Positions 26,040 to 37,500 of a stretch of DNA of 54,354 nt are shown here, piece after piece. Below the pieces are notes generated by a model that had not been told where the DNA came from, ran no database searches, and saw only the letters and a program-made list of their open reading frames with translations. The translations under genes were made by a program, and so were the position numbers. How positions within the stretch are numbered: position 1 is the stretch's first letter; each line of letters opens with the position of its first letter. The DNA lies in the IMG/VR virus record IMGVR_UViG_3300035180_000153, positions 1-54,354 of that record. One strand, 5' to 3'. The DNA comes from a virus. Taxonomy: Duplodnaviria > Caudoviricetes.

Positions 26040-26822
26040 ATGAGGATAGAAATTAGAGACAGTTTCTATGGAAAAATTCTGTTCGCGCACGATCAAGAAG
26101 AAAACAGCATAAAAGCAACGCTTGAGGCTGGTGTTAAGGTAAGTGCATACCTGGGCGGTGCCGACCTGAGCGGTGCCGACATTAGCAGTGCAGAACTGGT
26201 CGGTGCCGATATGGGCGGCGCAGACATGGGCGGTTCCGACTTAGGCGGTTCCAACATGAGATGCTCCAACCTGAGAAGTGCTAACCTTGGTGGTGCTAAC
26301 CTTTGTGGTGCCAACCTGTACGGTGCCGACCTGAGCACTGCCTACCTGGGAGGTTCAAACATGAGCGGTGCCTACCTAAGCGCTGCAGACCTTGGCGGTG
26401 CCCACTTGAGCGGTGCAGACCTGTACGGGGCCGACCTGAGCGGTGCCGACCTAGGCGGAGCCAACTTGAGCGGGGCCTACCTGAGAGGCTCCAACCTTGG
26501 CGGCGCTAAACTGAGAGGTGCAGACCTGAGAGGCGCTGACCTGGACGGTGCCACCCTGGACGGCGCAACATACGGAGAAGGCGTTATTATTGGTAATAAC
26601 CCGCAGTTCATTTTGGGACTAACATGGCCTGTTTATATATTTAAGGATCACATAAAAATAGGATGCAAAATCCACACCAAGCAGGAATGGCTTAATTTCA
26701 GTGATGCTGATATTGCAAAGATGGAATCACGAGCACCGGAGTTCTGGGCGAAGTGGAAGAAACACATTCTATGGATGGCTTTCGAAGGAGCAGAACAAAC
26801 CCAAGGCCGGATAAGTGGGTAA
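26040..26822 (+). CDS. Pentapeptide repeat protein
   Basis: Long A(D/N/Y)L(S/G/R)G repeat tract; C-terminal IGC..H...EW domain; AAGGAG RBS. Confidence 0.9.
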   Translation: MRIEIRDSFYGKILFAHDQEENSIKATLEAGVKVSAYLGGADLSGADISSAELVGADMGGADMGGSDLGGSNMRCSNLRSANLGGANLCGANLYGADLSTAYLGGSNMSGAYLSAADLGGAHLSGADLYGADLSGADLGGANLSGAYLRGSNLGGAKLRGADLRGADLDGATLDGATYGEGVIIGNNPQFILGLTWPVYIFKDHIKIGCKIHTKQEWLNFSDADIAKMESRAPEFWAKWKKHILWMAFEGAEQTQGRISG

Positions 26823-26890
26823 AAACCCGGCAGCAGGTGGATTGGTTATCCTACTCCGACAAGGCCATCTGCAACTACAAGGAGAAGAAT

Positions 26891-27136
26891 GTGAAACCAT
26901 CAAACAAATTGCGTTCCTGCCCGAACTGCGGGAAAACGATAAAGCGGAGATCCCACGAGAGTTGGCCTAGTTATGCCAAAAAAACCGCGTGCTCGATAAA
27001 GTGCGCGGCGCTTATCAGGAATGCAAAGGAGCGCGAACGCAACGAAAATGAGCGCGAACGCAACGCCAAGGAAAGCGACGCAGAGAACGCAGGGCGCGCA
27101 TTGGAAATGGCGCTTAGAAATTGGAGGTTAGCATGA
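26891..27136 (+). CDS. Small Zn-finger protein
   Basis: CPNCG...CSIKC; AAGGAG RBS before GTG. Confidence 0.65.
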   Translation: MKPSNKLRSCPNCGKTIKRRSHESWPSYAKKTACSIKCAALIRNAKERERNENERERNAKESDAENAGRALEMALRNWRLA

Positions 27137-27369
27137 AATTAAATTTAGAAGATTGGCTGCTTGGCGGCGTTGTTGTGGCGCTGATCTGCTTGGCGCTGTG
27201 GATTGTCGCCATAGTAGATAAATATGCGGCAGCAAATGACGCTGCTGCTCGCGCAGTGCATCGCGCAGATGTTGCCGAGCAGGCGCTTGTGGCTTGTCTG
27301 AACAAACACCCAATCGTGGGAGACGACAGAACGGTAACGTTTTGCGAACCGATAACCAGCAGTCTGTGA
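27133..27369 (+). CDS. Small membrane protein
   Basis: N-terminal TM; GGAGG RBS; ATGA coupling. Confidence 0.65.
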   Translation: MKLNLEDWLLGGVVVALICLALWIVAIVDKYAAANDAAARAVHRADVAEQALVACLNKHPIVGDDRTVTFCEPITSSL

Positions 27370-27456
27370 GGCGAAACATGGACGCTCAAGAAGATTATGA
27401 GCGCGACGACAGCGCGTTAGCATGGTGGGAACAAGTTGGAAAACAAGGAGAATGGG

Positions 27457-28176
27457 ATGAACAAATCGGAAATAAAAGAACAAACAAAACCGGAAGGTCT
27501 GGCGCTACTTCGAGCACCGTTCCCGCCGAATCAGATCAGTCGTCTGCCGAAGCCAACTAAGGCACAGACTGATGAAGTAAGGGCTAATTTCAAGTCGGGA
27601 ATTAGATGTGAAATTTGCGGTGGGTGGCACCATCCGAAAGTTGTGCACCTTGACTACGTAGGACACGCGGCGCTGACAGACCGTCTGCTAGACGCAGACC
27701 CATTCTGGACGTGGGAGCCATTGGCGGTTGGAAATGATGGGTTGCCTGTAATTGATAAAGATGGCGGCCTGTGGATACGACTCACAGTCTGCGGTGTGAC
27801 GCGTCTTGGATACGGAGACGCACAAGGGAAGACAGGTGGGGACGCGATGAAGGAGCGTATTGGTGATGCGCTTAGGAACGCCGCGATGCGGTTTGGGGCA
27901 GCACTGGATTTGTGGCACAAGGGCGATTTACACGTAGCCGCGGATGATGATGACGTGGATGTAGGCGCAAATGCCCATACCAAACGGACTAATCCTGAAT
28001 ACGAGCGAGCCGCGCTTGTAAAAAAACTCAACGCAGCAGCTCGGCGTGGTTCTGTCTCGCTACGGGACGCATGGGAAGCACTGACTCCAGAGCAACGTCG
28101 AGAAATGGCAGACATGAAGGATGATCTGAAATCCGCCGCTGCCATGCAAGACGAAGCGATCGCAACGCAAGCATAG
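27457..28176 (+). CDS. Rad52/Sak-like single-strand annealing protein
   Basis: LRAPF, LDYV.HA..TDRL, LTVCGVTR..YG, KE.I.DAL..AAMRFG..LDLW. Confidence 0.75.
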   Translation: MNKSEIKEQTKPEGLALLRAPFPPNQISRLPKPTKAQTDEVRANFKSGIRCEICGGWHHPKVVHLDYVGHAALTDRLLDADPFWTWEPLAVGNDGLPVIDKDGGLWIRLTVCGVTRLGYGDAQGKTGGDAMKERIGDALRNAAMRFGAALDLWHKGDLHVAADDDDVDVGANAHTKRTNPEYERAALVKKLNAAARRGSVSLRDAWEALTPEQRREMADMKDDLKSAAAMQDEAIATQA

Positions 28177-28191
28177 GAAGGGGATTTAATC

Positions 28192-28698
28192 ATGAGCATC
28201 ACTCTGTACGACATAGCAGATAAATACACGCAGGCATTCTACGCGCTTGCCGATTCCGATCTCGACAACGAAACAATTAACGATACGCTTGAAGGGCTAG
28301 AAGGAGAGTTGGTAGAGAAGGGGAAAGCTGTCACCGCTTTCTGCCTCAATCTGGACGCCGAAATAGAAGCGGCAAAATCGGCAGAAAAGCGTATTTCCGC
28401 CCGCCGCAAAGCAATGGAGAACAAGCTCGACAGGCTTAAGGAATACCTGAAACAGAACATGGCGCGATGTGGTATTAGTGAGATTAAAGCAAACGATGGA
28501 TCGTTTATTGCGAGGCTGTATATCGGGCGCGATGAGTCTGTTGTGATTGACGACGAATCGGCGATCCCGATGGATTACAAGCGAGAAATTCCGGCCAGTT
28601 ACGAACCGGAAAAAATGCTCATCAAGAAGGCAATAAAGGAAGGTTTTGCGGTGCCTGGTGTGCATATCGAGAAGAAAGACAGGCTGGAAATAAAATGA
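28192..28698 (+). CDS. Siphovirus Gp157-family protein
   Basis: TLY.I...DTLE.L...K...L..YL..M...SV.I.DE..IP..Y...K..IK.A.K.G..VPG. Confidence 0.85.
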   Translation: MSITLYDIADKYTQAFYALADSDLDNETINDTLEGLEGELVEKGKAVTAFCLNLDAEIEAAKSAEKRISARRKAMENKLDRLKEYLKQNMARCGISEIKANDGSFIARLYIGRDESVVIDDESAIPMDYKREIPASYEPEKMLIKKAIKEGFAVPGVHIEKKDRLEIK

Positions 28699-28934
28699 GC
28701 CACTACACAGGTGCGCAACCAGACGAGGTTTTCGTTGGTAACACGCATACGAAAAATGGAGTTCCGGAATATTTGAGCGGCTTAAAAACGATGCGGATCG
28801 GAGATCAGGCGCTTGACATCGAAGGCAAGAAGATAGATCAGGAGTACATGCGCCCTTTGTTCGTAGGACGCGCAGAGGTGGACGAATACAACAGGATCAT
28901 GACGCGAAGGACGTTTCCAGGACAGTTATGGTAA
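28695..28934 (+). CDS. Hypothetical protein
   Basis: ATGA coupling; EVFVGN...R.G.QA.D..G...PLF. Confidence 0.7.
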   Translation: MSHYTGAQPDEVFVGNTHTKNGVPEYLSGLKTMRIGDQALDIEGKKIDQEYMRPLFVGRAEVDEYNRIMTRRTFPGQLW

Positions 28935-28956
28935 CGCACGACAAAGGTTTTTTAAC

Positions 28957-29790
28957 TTGGAGACGATGATGAGATTTGCAAGATCGCTGGCGGAAGCCAC
29001 TGTGATGGACATAACACCGGAGGTTGCTAAAGAAATGCTCGAAACCAGCCCAGGAAATAGACGCTTGCGAGGATGGTACGTTGACATGCTCGCAGCCGCG
29101 ATGAAGCGCGGAGAGTGGCGCGTTACGAGCCAAGGGATCGGTTTCGACGTGCTCGGTCGGCTGCGTGATGCTCACCACAGGCTGAACGCTTGCATTCAAT
29201 CAGGCGTTTCGTTTCCGTCCGTGGTGGTTTTTGGCATGAGAACAGATGCCTATGAAGTTACCGACACCGGCATGGTGCGCACATACGCCGACCGACTTGA
29301 CGAAGACCGCGCAGTTGCCGATGTGCTGCGTCTTGGGTGCCAATACGCGCTTGGCACGACAAAACCAACAATAGACCAAATGCGCCCGATTATTGACGCA
29401 GGATTCGGAAACGCTGCACGGTCGTTGATAGAGTTTTGTGGATCAAAGCGGAAATACTACGCGACGGCACCAATGAAACTAGCGGCATGCATCACTATCA
29501 TGAACGGCGGAAATGCTGACTTTGTTCTGCATCAATACCGCGCGATGTGTTCTCTTGATTTTGACGCGATGGCAAAATCCGCGCAGGCGCTGGTTAGGCA
29601 GGTTGATAGCGGTAAAACGCGCGCTAACGACACCCGCGAAGTGCTGGCAAGAGGGTTCCGGGTTTTTGACAAAGATCGGCACGGTATCAGCAAGATTCAG
29701 ATTAGCGATGCCGATATAGATTCGGCGGTTGAACTGGTGCGATCGGTGTTGCGCAACTCTGTCAGCGAAGAACCGAAGGCGCAAAAGTAG
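28957..29790 (+). CDS. ParB-like (DGQHR-type) domain protein
   Basis: ITPE.A...L...NR.L....V...A..M..GEW....I.F...G.L.DAHHRL.A. Confidence 0.7.
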   Translation: METMMRFARSLAEATVMDITPEVAKEMLETSPGNRRLRGWYVDMLAAAMKRGEWRVTSQGIGFDVLGRLRDAHHRLNACIQSGVSFPSVVVFGMRTDAYEVTDTGMVRTYADRLDEDRAVADVLRLGCQYALGTTKPTIDQMRPIIDAGFGNAARSLIEFCGSKRKYYATAPMKLAACITIMNGGNADFVLHQYRAMCSLDFDAMAKSAQALVRQVDSGKTRANDTREVLARGFRVFDKDRHGISKIQISDADIDSAVELVRSVLRNSVSEEPKAQK

Positions 29791-29853
29791 GCACTCGCAT
29801 GATGGCGGCAAGCAGGCACGTGTATGAACTGATGGAGTTTTGACGGAGGAAAT

Positions 29854-30276
29854 ATGCACTTAGCAAATTGCAATGAACATCCAAATGCAAACGACAGATC
29901 ATTACCGTGCTGGGCAATTAGGAACGCCGACGGTAGGCGCGTGACACCAGATGAATTGATGGATGAAATAAATCGGCTACGTATGCTTTGCACATGGACA
30001 CCAGTAACCGACAGATTGCCTGAAAGCGGAAAGCCTGTTCTGGTTGCATGTGGTAAGAAAGTGCTGCGTGCCGCTTACGCAGCAAAGCATGCGCTTGACG
30101 AGGAAAATTTTGGATGGTGGAACGATGGAGAGTGCATCGACTACGACGAAACAACCGGCAAGACGTACTGGCATGAAGGCTGGTATGAGTGGAATGAGTA
30201 CGAAGAATACCATTGGGCGCTTGATACTGCTCCCACTCACTGGATGCCGTTACCGGATGTTCCTAATGAAAATTGA
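29854..30276 (+). CDS. DUF551-family (Eaa-like) protein
   Basis: W.PV.DRLPE....VLV ... THWMPLP. Confidence 0.8.
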   Translation: MHLANCNEHPNANDRSLPCWAIRNADGRRVTPDELMDEINRLRMLCTWTPVTDRLPESGKPVLVACGKKVLRAAYAAKHALDEENFGWWNDGECIDYDETTGKTYWHEGWYEWNEYEEYHWALDTAPTHWMPLPDVPNEN

Positions 30277-30318
30277 AGATAAAACAGAGTTTGCCGGAAC
30301 ACCGAATAGGAGGACCGA

Positions 30319-30594
30319 ATGCACATTGAAGAAGACATGGACTGGTATAAATTGGTAGACGAAACGCTAGAAATAATTAGTATGCCGTTTCCGCAAACTA
30401 CCCAAGATAGATGCCCACACTGTGGCTTTATGTTTCGCCGTCTGATAATGGTGATGCGTAGCGACTTGGTATTATTCGAGAAAATTATGCAATCTGCGTA
30501 CTCTGTGATGACGATGCACGGAATCACGGCGAATCTACCGGCAGACATTCGTACTGAGCTACTGATCGCGTTAGCAAAGAATCAAAGCGCATGA
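30319..30594 (+). CDS. Hypothetical protein
   Basis: ORF with CPHC; start uncertain. Confidence 0.5.
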   Translation: MHIEEDMDWYKLVDETLEIISMPFPQTTQDRCPHCGFMFRRLIMVMRSDLVLFEKIMQSAYSVMTMHGITANLPADIRTELLIALAKNQSA

Positions 30595-30628
30595 GTGAAA
30601 TCCCAGCATCAAATGATAGGAGAACGAA

Positions 30629-30799
30629 ATGGCGTTTGACAGCACACCAGAAGACAAAGAACCTAGTTTCCTGTGTGACTGTGGTGGAAACATTAAAAAG
30701 CGCAACGGGAAGTGGGAGTGCGATTCCTTGGACTGTGATTCCTGCGACTTGAGGTGGAATTGTGATGACATCGGGCAATGGCCTGGTGCGAAGATATAA
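30629..30799 (+). CDS. Small Cys-rich protein (56 aa, not in the ORF track)
   Basis: AGGAG RBS; MAFDSTPEDKEPSFLCDCGG...WECDSLDCDSCD. Confidence 0.55.
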   Translation: MAFDSTPEDKEPSFLCDCGGNIKKRNGKWECDSLDCDSCDLRWNCDDIGQWPGAKI

Positions 30800-30816
30800 A
30801 CAACAAGGAGAACGAA

Positions 30817-31428
30817 ATGGAATGGAGAAAAGACAAAGCACCGAATTCAATTGGTGAAGTATTGTTTCTTGGGCCTTGGAACGTTGGAGGTGTTCATTAT
30901 GACATTATATGTTCTAAGGACGACGTAATGAAATATACCGCTACGTGCAAATTGCCTGGTGTCAAATGGCCTGGGAAATTTCAGACGGTAAAGGAAGCAA
31001 AAGCGGCGGTTGAATATTCCGTCAAGCATTGGCTTAGTCAACTACAGAAACAAGAGGAAAAGCCAAGAGTAATCGAATATGAACGTATGATAGAGAGAAA
31101 TGGAGAAGTGTTCGTGGTTGCGAAGGAACTCGAGGATAGCAAACTTAATATAGGCAGAGGATTGCTCGGTATAGGAAAAGAACTGCTTGATCTAGTCATA
31201 GAATTACTTAATGTTGGAAACAAACATCTTCGGCAAGAGACGCGAATTATTCCACAAGATACGGTAAAAGAGCTGCTCGGAGCACGTAAATATGTCAAAC
31301 ATGTACATGACGAAGCGGAATATATGCACGACAACGGTGGAGAAGGTTATATGGAGGTGATTCAAGACACCGAAGCTCTGATTGAGCGCATAGACAATGC
31401 AATAAGGGGCCATTGTTCACAGCCATAA
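30817..31428 (+). CDS. Hypothetical protein
   Basis: AAGGAG RBS; last gene of the plus-strand arm. Confidence 0.7.
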   Translation: MEWRKDKAPNSIGEVLFLGPWNVGGVHYDIICSKDDVMKYTATCKLPGVKWPGKFQTVKEAKAAVEYSVKHWLSQLQKQEEKPRVIEYERMIERNGEVFVVAKELEDSKLNIGRGLLGIGKELLDLVIELLNVGNKHLRQETRIIPQDTVKELLGARKYVKHVHDEAEYMHDNGGEGYMEVIQDTEALIERIDNAIRGHCSQP

Positions 31429-31566
31429 AGTACGGTGTTTCTTGAAGCAAACAGCGCAGCGATGATACGCTGAAATTTAGAATTGAAGCCGCCCGTTTGA
31501 TCATCAAGAACAAACGTGCAGCACAGCCAATTCCAATACAGGATATTAAAGGCCGCAATTCAGATT

Positions 31567-34500
31567 CTATGGCGACAATCTTCTTGCTATCTGATCCTGT
31601 TGCTGACGTAGCGCATTGATCCTTTCCTTCTTCTCGTCTGCATCCATGATGTCGCTGCGCTCGATAAACTTAATGCGGTTGTTTAGCATCGTTTCCTGGC
31701 GCTTTATCGCCTCTACTCGCCTGTACTTGGATAGCTCATCCTGATGTTCGTCGCGGTATGCCGCCGCCTCTTCTTGCTTACCTTCCTTCATGAGTTCGTG
31801 CCAAGTTGCATAAGCCTGCTCGATCTCGCGCGCCTGATCGTACATCATTGTCACATATCGGCTTGGCGCGCCGTCCAACTCGGAAACCATGCTGCCGGTA
31901 ATTGTTTTCCAATAGTCCAGCGCGGGCCGTGTAGGCTCGTTGCTGGCGGATCGAACCGCAATATCTGCCGTGCCAACGGCGAATGCGCCCAGCCAGCCAA
32001 AGTACGATCTGATTAAATGATCTACTTGGACTGGCGACAAGAAATGATCTCCGGTAATGGTATTCCCGGCGGTGCTGATACCGCGCCCGATCATGCTGGT
32101 ATTTTGGTTAAAGCGATAGTCTGGGGCTAGGCGTTCCATGCCCATCGTTTCAATCGGCCTTTCGGTGAAGCTATCATGGTTTGCGTATACATCAATTATA
32201 GGTTTGAATAGCTGCGGAACAGGGTTCATTGAAAGCTGATTATCGATGTTATTCAACACCACCCCAGAGAACCTTTTGAACGTCATTTCATCATCAAACG
32301 CAAGCTCTGCTGTTCTTTCTGCCAGGTTGCTGATTGCGCCAATCTCGAACGGTTTAGGAATCCTGAATGCCTCGTCTCCGATTTTGAACCACCAGTAATT
32401 ATCCCGATCCCAATCCTCGCGTTTCTTCCAGTCGTCGTCATCGCCGTATGCGGCAAGCAGCGCCAGCGATGCCAACGCCACGCCACCTATCACGATGGCG
32501 AACCGCGCCGGGTCTTCTTTCGCCGCTCGGCCAAGTTTGTAAAGTCCCTGCAAACGCGCGTTCATGAATGGGACAATCTGCGTGAGGAAGCGGATCGTTT
32601 TCCAAGTCCCACGCATGGAGAAATCCATCAGGTCGCGCGCCATAAGCGATGCGGTTGCATGGTCTACGCCTTTCCTGATTAGCGAGTCGTATAGCGCCAT
32701 GCGGTTGATTTCCTCGCCTCGATTTCCGAGTTCTTCATATGCAGAAATCAATGGTTCTGCGTACTTGTCGTAGAATGCACGCACTTTGCTCTCGTTATCC
32801 AGAATGTGCTGATCGCTCGCGCCATTCTTGATGAGTTGACGCACGCGGCTTGCCTCGTTTCCTTCCAGCATTGTGCCGAATCGAATCAAGCCTCCGCCAG
32901 CCAGTGCCGAGACATACTCCTGCGCCGCGCGGTCAGTCAGTTTGTATCCTTTCATCACGTTACTAAGCGGGTTATAACCCATGTCAGCGGTTGCAATCGA
33001 CTGAATGGAGTCGCGGATCAGGTTGCGCACCTTGAAGAATGGCGATGCCGTGACGCCTACCGTCAGCCAGTGCTTCATGGTGGACATGGCGTCCATTGCC
33101 GGGCCTCGCAGTCCGGCATACTCCAGGCCGTTGATTGCGTCCAGCAGGTAGGGGTCGTCAACCTTGTATTCGACTTTTTTTCCTCCACTCATGTGCCATA
33201 CTGTTTTCTTATCTCCGGGTAATGCAAGTCTTGCAGCTCCGACTTTAACAGCAGCTTGCAGAGTAGCGGTTGCCGCGCGATTCTTGGCGCTGGCATCTAT
33301 CAGGTGCGCCCAATTCATCAGGGTATTGGCGAGTAAATCGTTCAACTTCTCGTCGCCGCCCTTGAGTTTCTTGAATGCTTCTTGGCGCACGACTCCTTGC
33401 TTGATATTCATTCCGCGAATGCCGCCGTCATTTTCGTCTACCGTGCGGTAGAACGGAACGTAGAACTCATGCTCCCACAGGTGGCGACTTTCTGGATCAA
33501 TAAGCCCTGACTGTTCTGCCATGTCCAGCACGTTCTTGTTGAACTCATTGAACTTCCTGAGCGAGTCGCGGTAAATCAATATCCGTTTGCGTGTGACGTT
33601 ACCGTTCGGCATGGTGTAGTCAAAATCGGTATCGCCATTTGCAAGCGATTTGAACGCGTTAATATCGTCAAGCGTGAACAGGTTTTCCCTATCTTCTTTC
33701 GCCAGTCTCTCGGCGCGGTTGCCTGCTACCCAGCGCAAGAAGTCGGTGGATTCCTTCCCAAGCGGGTAAAACACCTTCTCCAGCGCGCCTCCGCTGGTAT
33801 CTGCATCATAAGCGCCATCGCGCAACAATAGCTTTCCGTGGCGCATGAACGCCTCGAATGCTCCTGACGCGCCGCTGGACAGACGCATCAGTGTATAAGC
33901 ATGCGATGACAGATCGCGCACGGGTCTGAACTGGTCGAATACGCCCTGGGCGAGCTTCTTACCAGCGTCCTGCCAGAGCGACTTGACGGTTTCCTGGATG
34001 GTTTTCTTGGTGACGACAGAGCCGGTGCGCTCCATCGCAGCAAGTTGCTCTGGGGTGTAGGCGCGACCAGATGCTCCAATGATGGAAGATTTGCTAAACC
34101 GTGTATTTATGTCTGCATTGTTCTGTGCATTTTGAAGCGCCGTAGGCGCGTTGCGAGTGGCCTGGGTAGCCATATAAACAATATCCGATTCATTCAGCCT
34201 GTTTGCCCACTGAACCCATTGCAATTTCTGGATTCCTTTGAGTTTATCTCCAAGCTTGCGAAGGGCGTCGCGGAACCATGCGATGACTCTCTGAGAAAAT
34301 GTCAGGTCTGGATTGGCTTCAAGAAAATACCCCAGGCTTTCTTCGTCAACTAAATGCGCTGGCGTTCCTTCCGGGACTCGCGCTTGCGCTTCTATAACCT
34401 TCTCGTTTCCGGCCTTGCCCATCATCTTGAACTGGCGCAGTATCTTCTTGAATTCTGCATCAGAGCGTCCGAGCATCAGAGCGTGATCGCCAAGCTCGTG

Positions 34501-37500
34501 CAGCAACAAACCCTTCACACTATCGCCTGTCTGGCTAATGTTGTCGTGAACGAAGAATGTTTCTCCGTTTCTGACAAATGCCAGGATTCTTCCGTCTTTG
34601 GAGTAGCGAATATCTGGGTTGGTTTGGTTGAAGGTATCTGTTTGCGATGCCTTGCTGAAATTCTTCCCTTCCCCAAGATACTTCCCAATATCCTCGCTCC
34701 CGATAATGTGGAACTTTCTAGTTGCAATCAGCGCGTCCGCAAAGTTCTTAGTCCCTTGGAATGCCGAATTGATTGCCTCTCGAAGCGTGGATTCGGTGTG
34801 CGGATTGCGGGTGAGTGTTGCTGATCGGCTGTACTTGGTAGACTCGTCCAGCGCATCGCCAAACCCAAGTTCTCGCAGTTTCGCCTTCTGCTGCTCAATA
34901 CCTGAAACCACAGCGACTTTCTGTTCAACAGGAACTTCTGGCCCTTTCGCCATAAGCGCACGCTGGACTTTCTTGTAATCCTCTCGTGCTCTCTCCAAGT
35001 CTGCGGCTTGCGGGAATGGCTGCTTGGCAAGTTCGCGCATCGAGGCGGAATCCTTTTTCGATTTCTCGATGCTGGCAAGCGTATCATCCAGCATGGCAGG
35101 CAGCCGGTCAATGTAGTTCTTTAGGCGCTGCACCATACCAGACGGGGAGAACTGATCGGTCGCTCCCCACATGCCGCCCATGCCGGTAGGTGTGCGCATG
35201 ATGACGTTACCGGCAACGTACTCAAGCTCGAATGCAAGGCCACGATATTGAATTGAAGCCTTGTCGATCATGTGGCTGCGCACGTTTTCGAATACGGAAG
35301 CCAGCGCCTTGTTGGCCGAATCCTTGTCGGTCAGCGCCTTTCCTCCCTGAACGCTGATTGGCGAGAATCCATCCTTATCTACAGGGTGCTTGGCAATGGT
35401 TTCCAGATTCTTCCTGATCTCTCGCACGAATGCCGGCCCAGATGTATCTGCGTACTCCTGCGCACTACGGGCCTTGCGCGTCATGGCCAGCACTTCGTCG
35501 GCGTACGCTGCCTGCAAATTCTCCAGGCGTCGAACGTCAGTGCGCAGCTTGGTTTCCTCAAGGATCAGAGGGTCTCCGGATGCGGCGGCCTTCATGTCGG
35601 CGGCATTCGCTGCTTCGCCCTCTATGTCGTCGATTTCGTTGAGCGTTCCGTCGTAGTTGCGTAACTGTTCGATCCCACGCGCCTTGTGCTCAAGAATCTG
35701 CCAGCGCCGGGTGTCGTAGGTTTGCGCGGTGGCGTAGCGCCCGATGAAAACCTCGAAGTTTTCCGGATCGCGTTCATACAGTTTGTTACCGCGGCGGATG
35801 ATTCGCCCTTCGCGCTGCTCAAGATCAGAAGGACGCCACGGCGCATCAATGTGATGCAGGCCAACCAAGCGCTCTTGCACGTTGGTTCCGGCTCCCATCT
35901 TTGGCGTAGAACCCAGCAAGAAGCGCACACTTCCATGATTCACGGCTTTGAACAGCTTGTCTTTGGCCGTGGGGGTGTTGTAGTCATGTATGAAAGCGAT
36001 CTCATTCTCCGGAACGCCCTTATCCATCAGCTTGGATTTAATGTCGTCGTACACCGAGAAATTGGCCGCGCCAGAAATTCCAGCCACATCATCCCGTGTG
36101 AAGAATAGGGACGGATCATCAACATCTATGTCGTTTTCGTTGTTGTACTCGTCGATTTCGCTTTGCTCGATTTCGCCGGTTGATTCGCGTGCATTGATCC
36201 ACTTCTGCCGCTTGGCCTCGTCGCCAAGTAATCCACTAGTAGCGTCGATGGCGTCCTGCTTGCTGCGGAAATCGGATTTCAGGCCCTGGCCGGAGGCGGC
36301 GTCATACACGTCGAATCGCTTTGATTCCTTATCGCCGCGCTGCACTACGAAGAACGGCAAATCCTCGTAACCAGGAATGGCGTGCATGGTGCCGCGCTTC
36401 ATCTCGATTCCGCCCGCATCGTCGCGAACGTATAGGCGGCGCGATTTGTTGGAGTAGCTGGAACGGGCAGACAGCGGAATAGACAGATCGCAGAACACCA
36501 GTTGCGTGCCTTTGTCCGCATCCCACTGCTTGTAAATGCGCATCATGTTGTCCACGGCCAGATTGATCTTGGAGCCTGGAAAGTCGGGCGCTTTCGGATC
36601 AATCAGGCGATAATCCAGCCCTGCCTTATTGGCTTCGCCTGTCAGCGATAGCGCATTTACCTTGCCCTTAGTTTCCTTGGTAAGCTGGCGTAGGCGTCCA
36701 AACCTACCAAGTATGGAGTCAGGATCGACCGATACCGATGGCGTCAGCGCACTCTCAACAACCTTGAGACGGGCATCTTCGGCGGTATCGTACAGTCCCA
36801 GATACTTATCGCCAACTCTGGCAGTCCATTTGCCTGATTTCTCGTCCTGCTTGATTTGAATATCGTCGTCAAGATTTGCGTTGAACAGGATGTTTCCGGA
36901 CTCGTCTGTCTGCGCCTTTGGCATGCCCATCAGAGCAGCCACGTATGGCGAGCGTTCGGCAACCACCAGAACTGGCCGACCGCCTACCATCTTTGGCACC
37001 GGGAACCGATTTCCTTGTGCTTCTTCTTGCGCTTTCAGGTCGTCTAGGGTGACGGTATCGGCAAACGTGTTATAGAGGCTCATTAACGCCGGAAGATTGG
37101 TGAACTTGGAAAAGCGGGTCGATTGCCGGTAGCCCGATCCGGATGGTGCAACCTCGTATACGTTTTCCACGCTGCCGAACTGCCTAGCCCATGCGTCGAA
37201 CACGTTCAGCCCCAGACGTTTCAAAGTCGGGTACTGCATGTACCGCTGCATGTTGAACATCTCCACCAGCGAGTTTGAAATCGGCGTACCTGTTGCTGAT
37301 ATGAACGGAGTCTTGTCGCCGAAGGTATCGAACATCCAGCGGGTTTTTACGAATAGATCGAATGCTTTTGCAGAACCAGCAGGATTGCCCATGCCGGGGT
37401 TGCGATCCATCGTCGTGTTGTAAGCCAGGTTCTTGAACTCGTGCATTTCGTCGATGAACATGGCGTCAACACCCAATTCGTCGAACGTAACCATCTTGCT

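Noticed and set aside
25637-26096. Minus-strand ORFs as a possible cI repressor
   Set aside because: No HTH or S24 peptidase motifs; they overlap the promoters and leader
26150-26570. CRISPR-like or DGR-like periodic repeats
   Set aside because: The 15-nt periodicity is explained by pentapeptide coding; no spacers, cas genes or reverse transcriptase
27029-27066. Tandem GAGCGCGAACGCAACG repeat
   Set aside because: Simple in-frame duplication (ERERN twice) with no further structure
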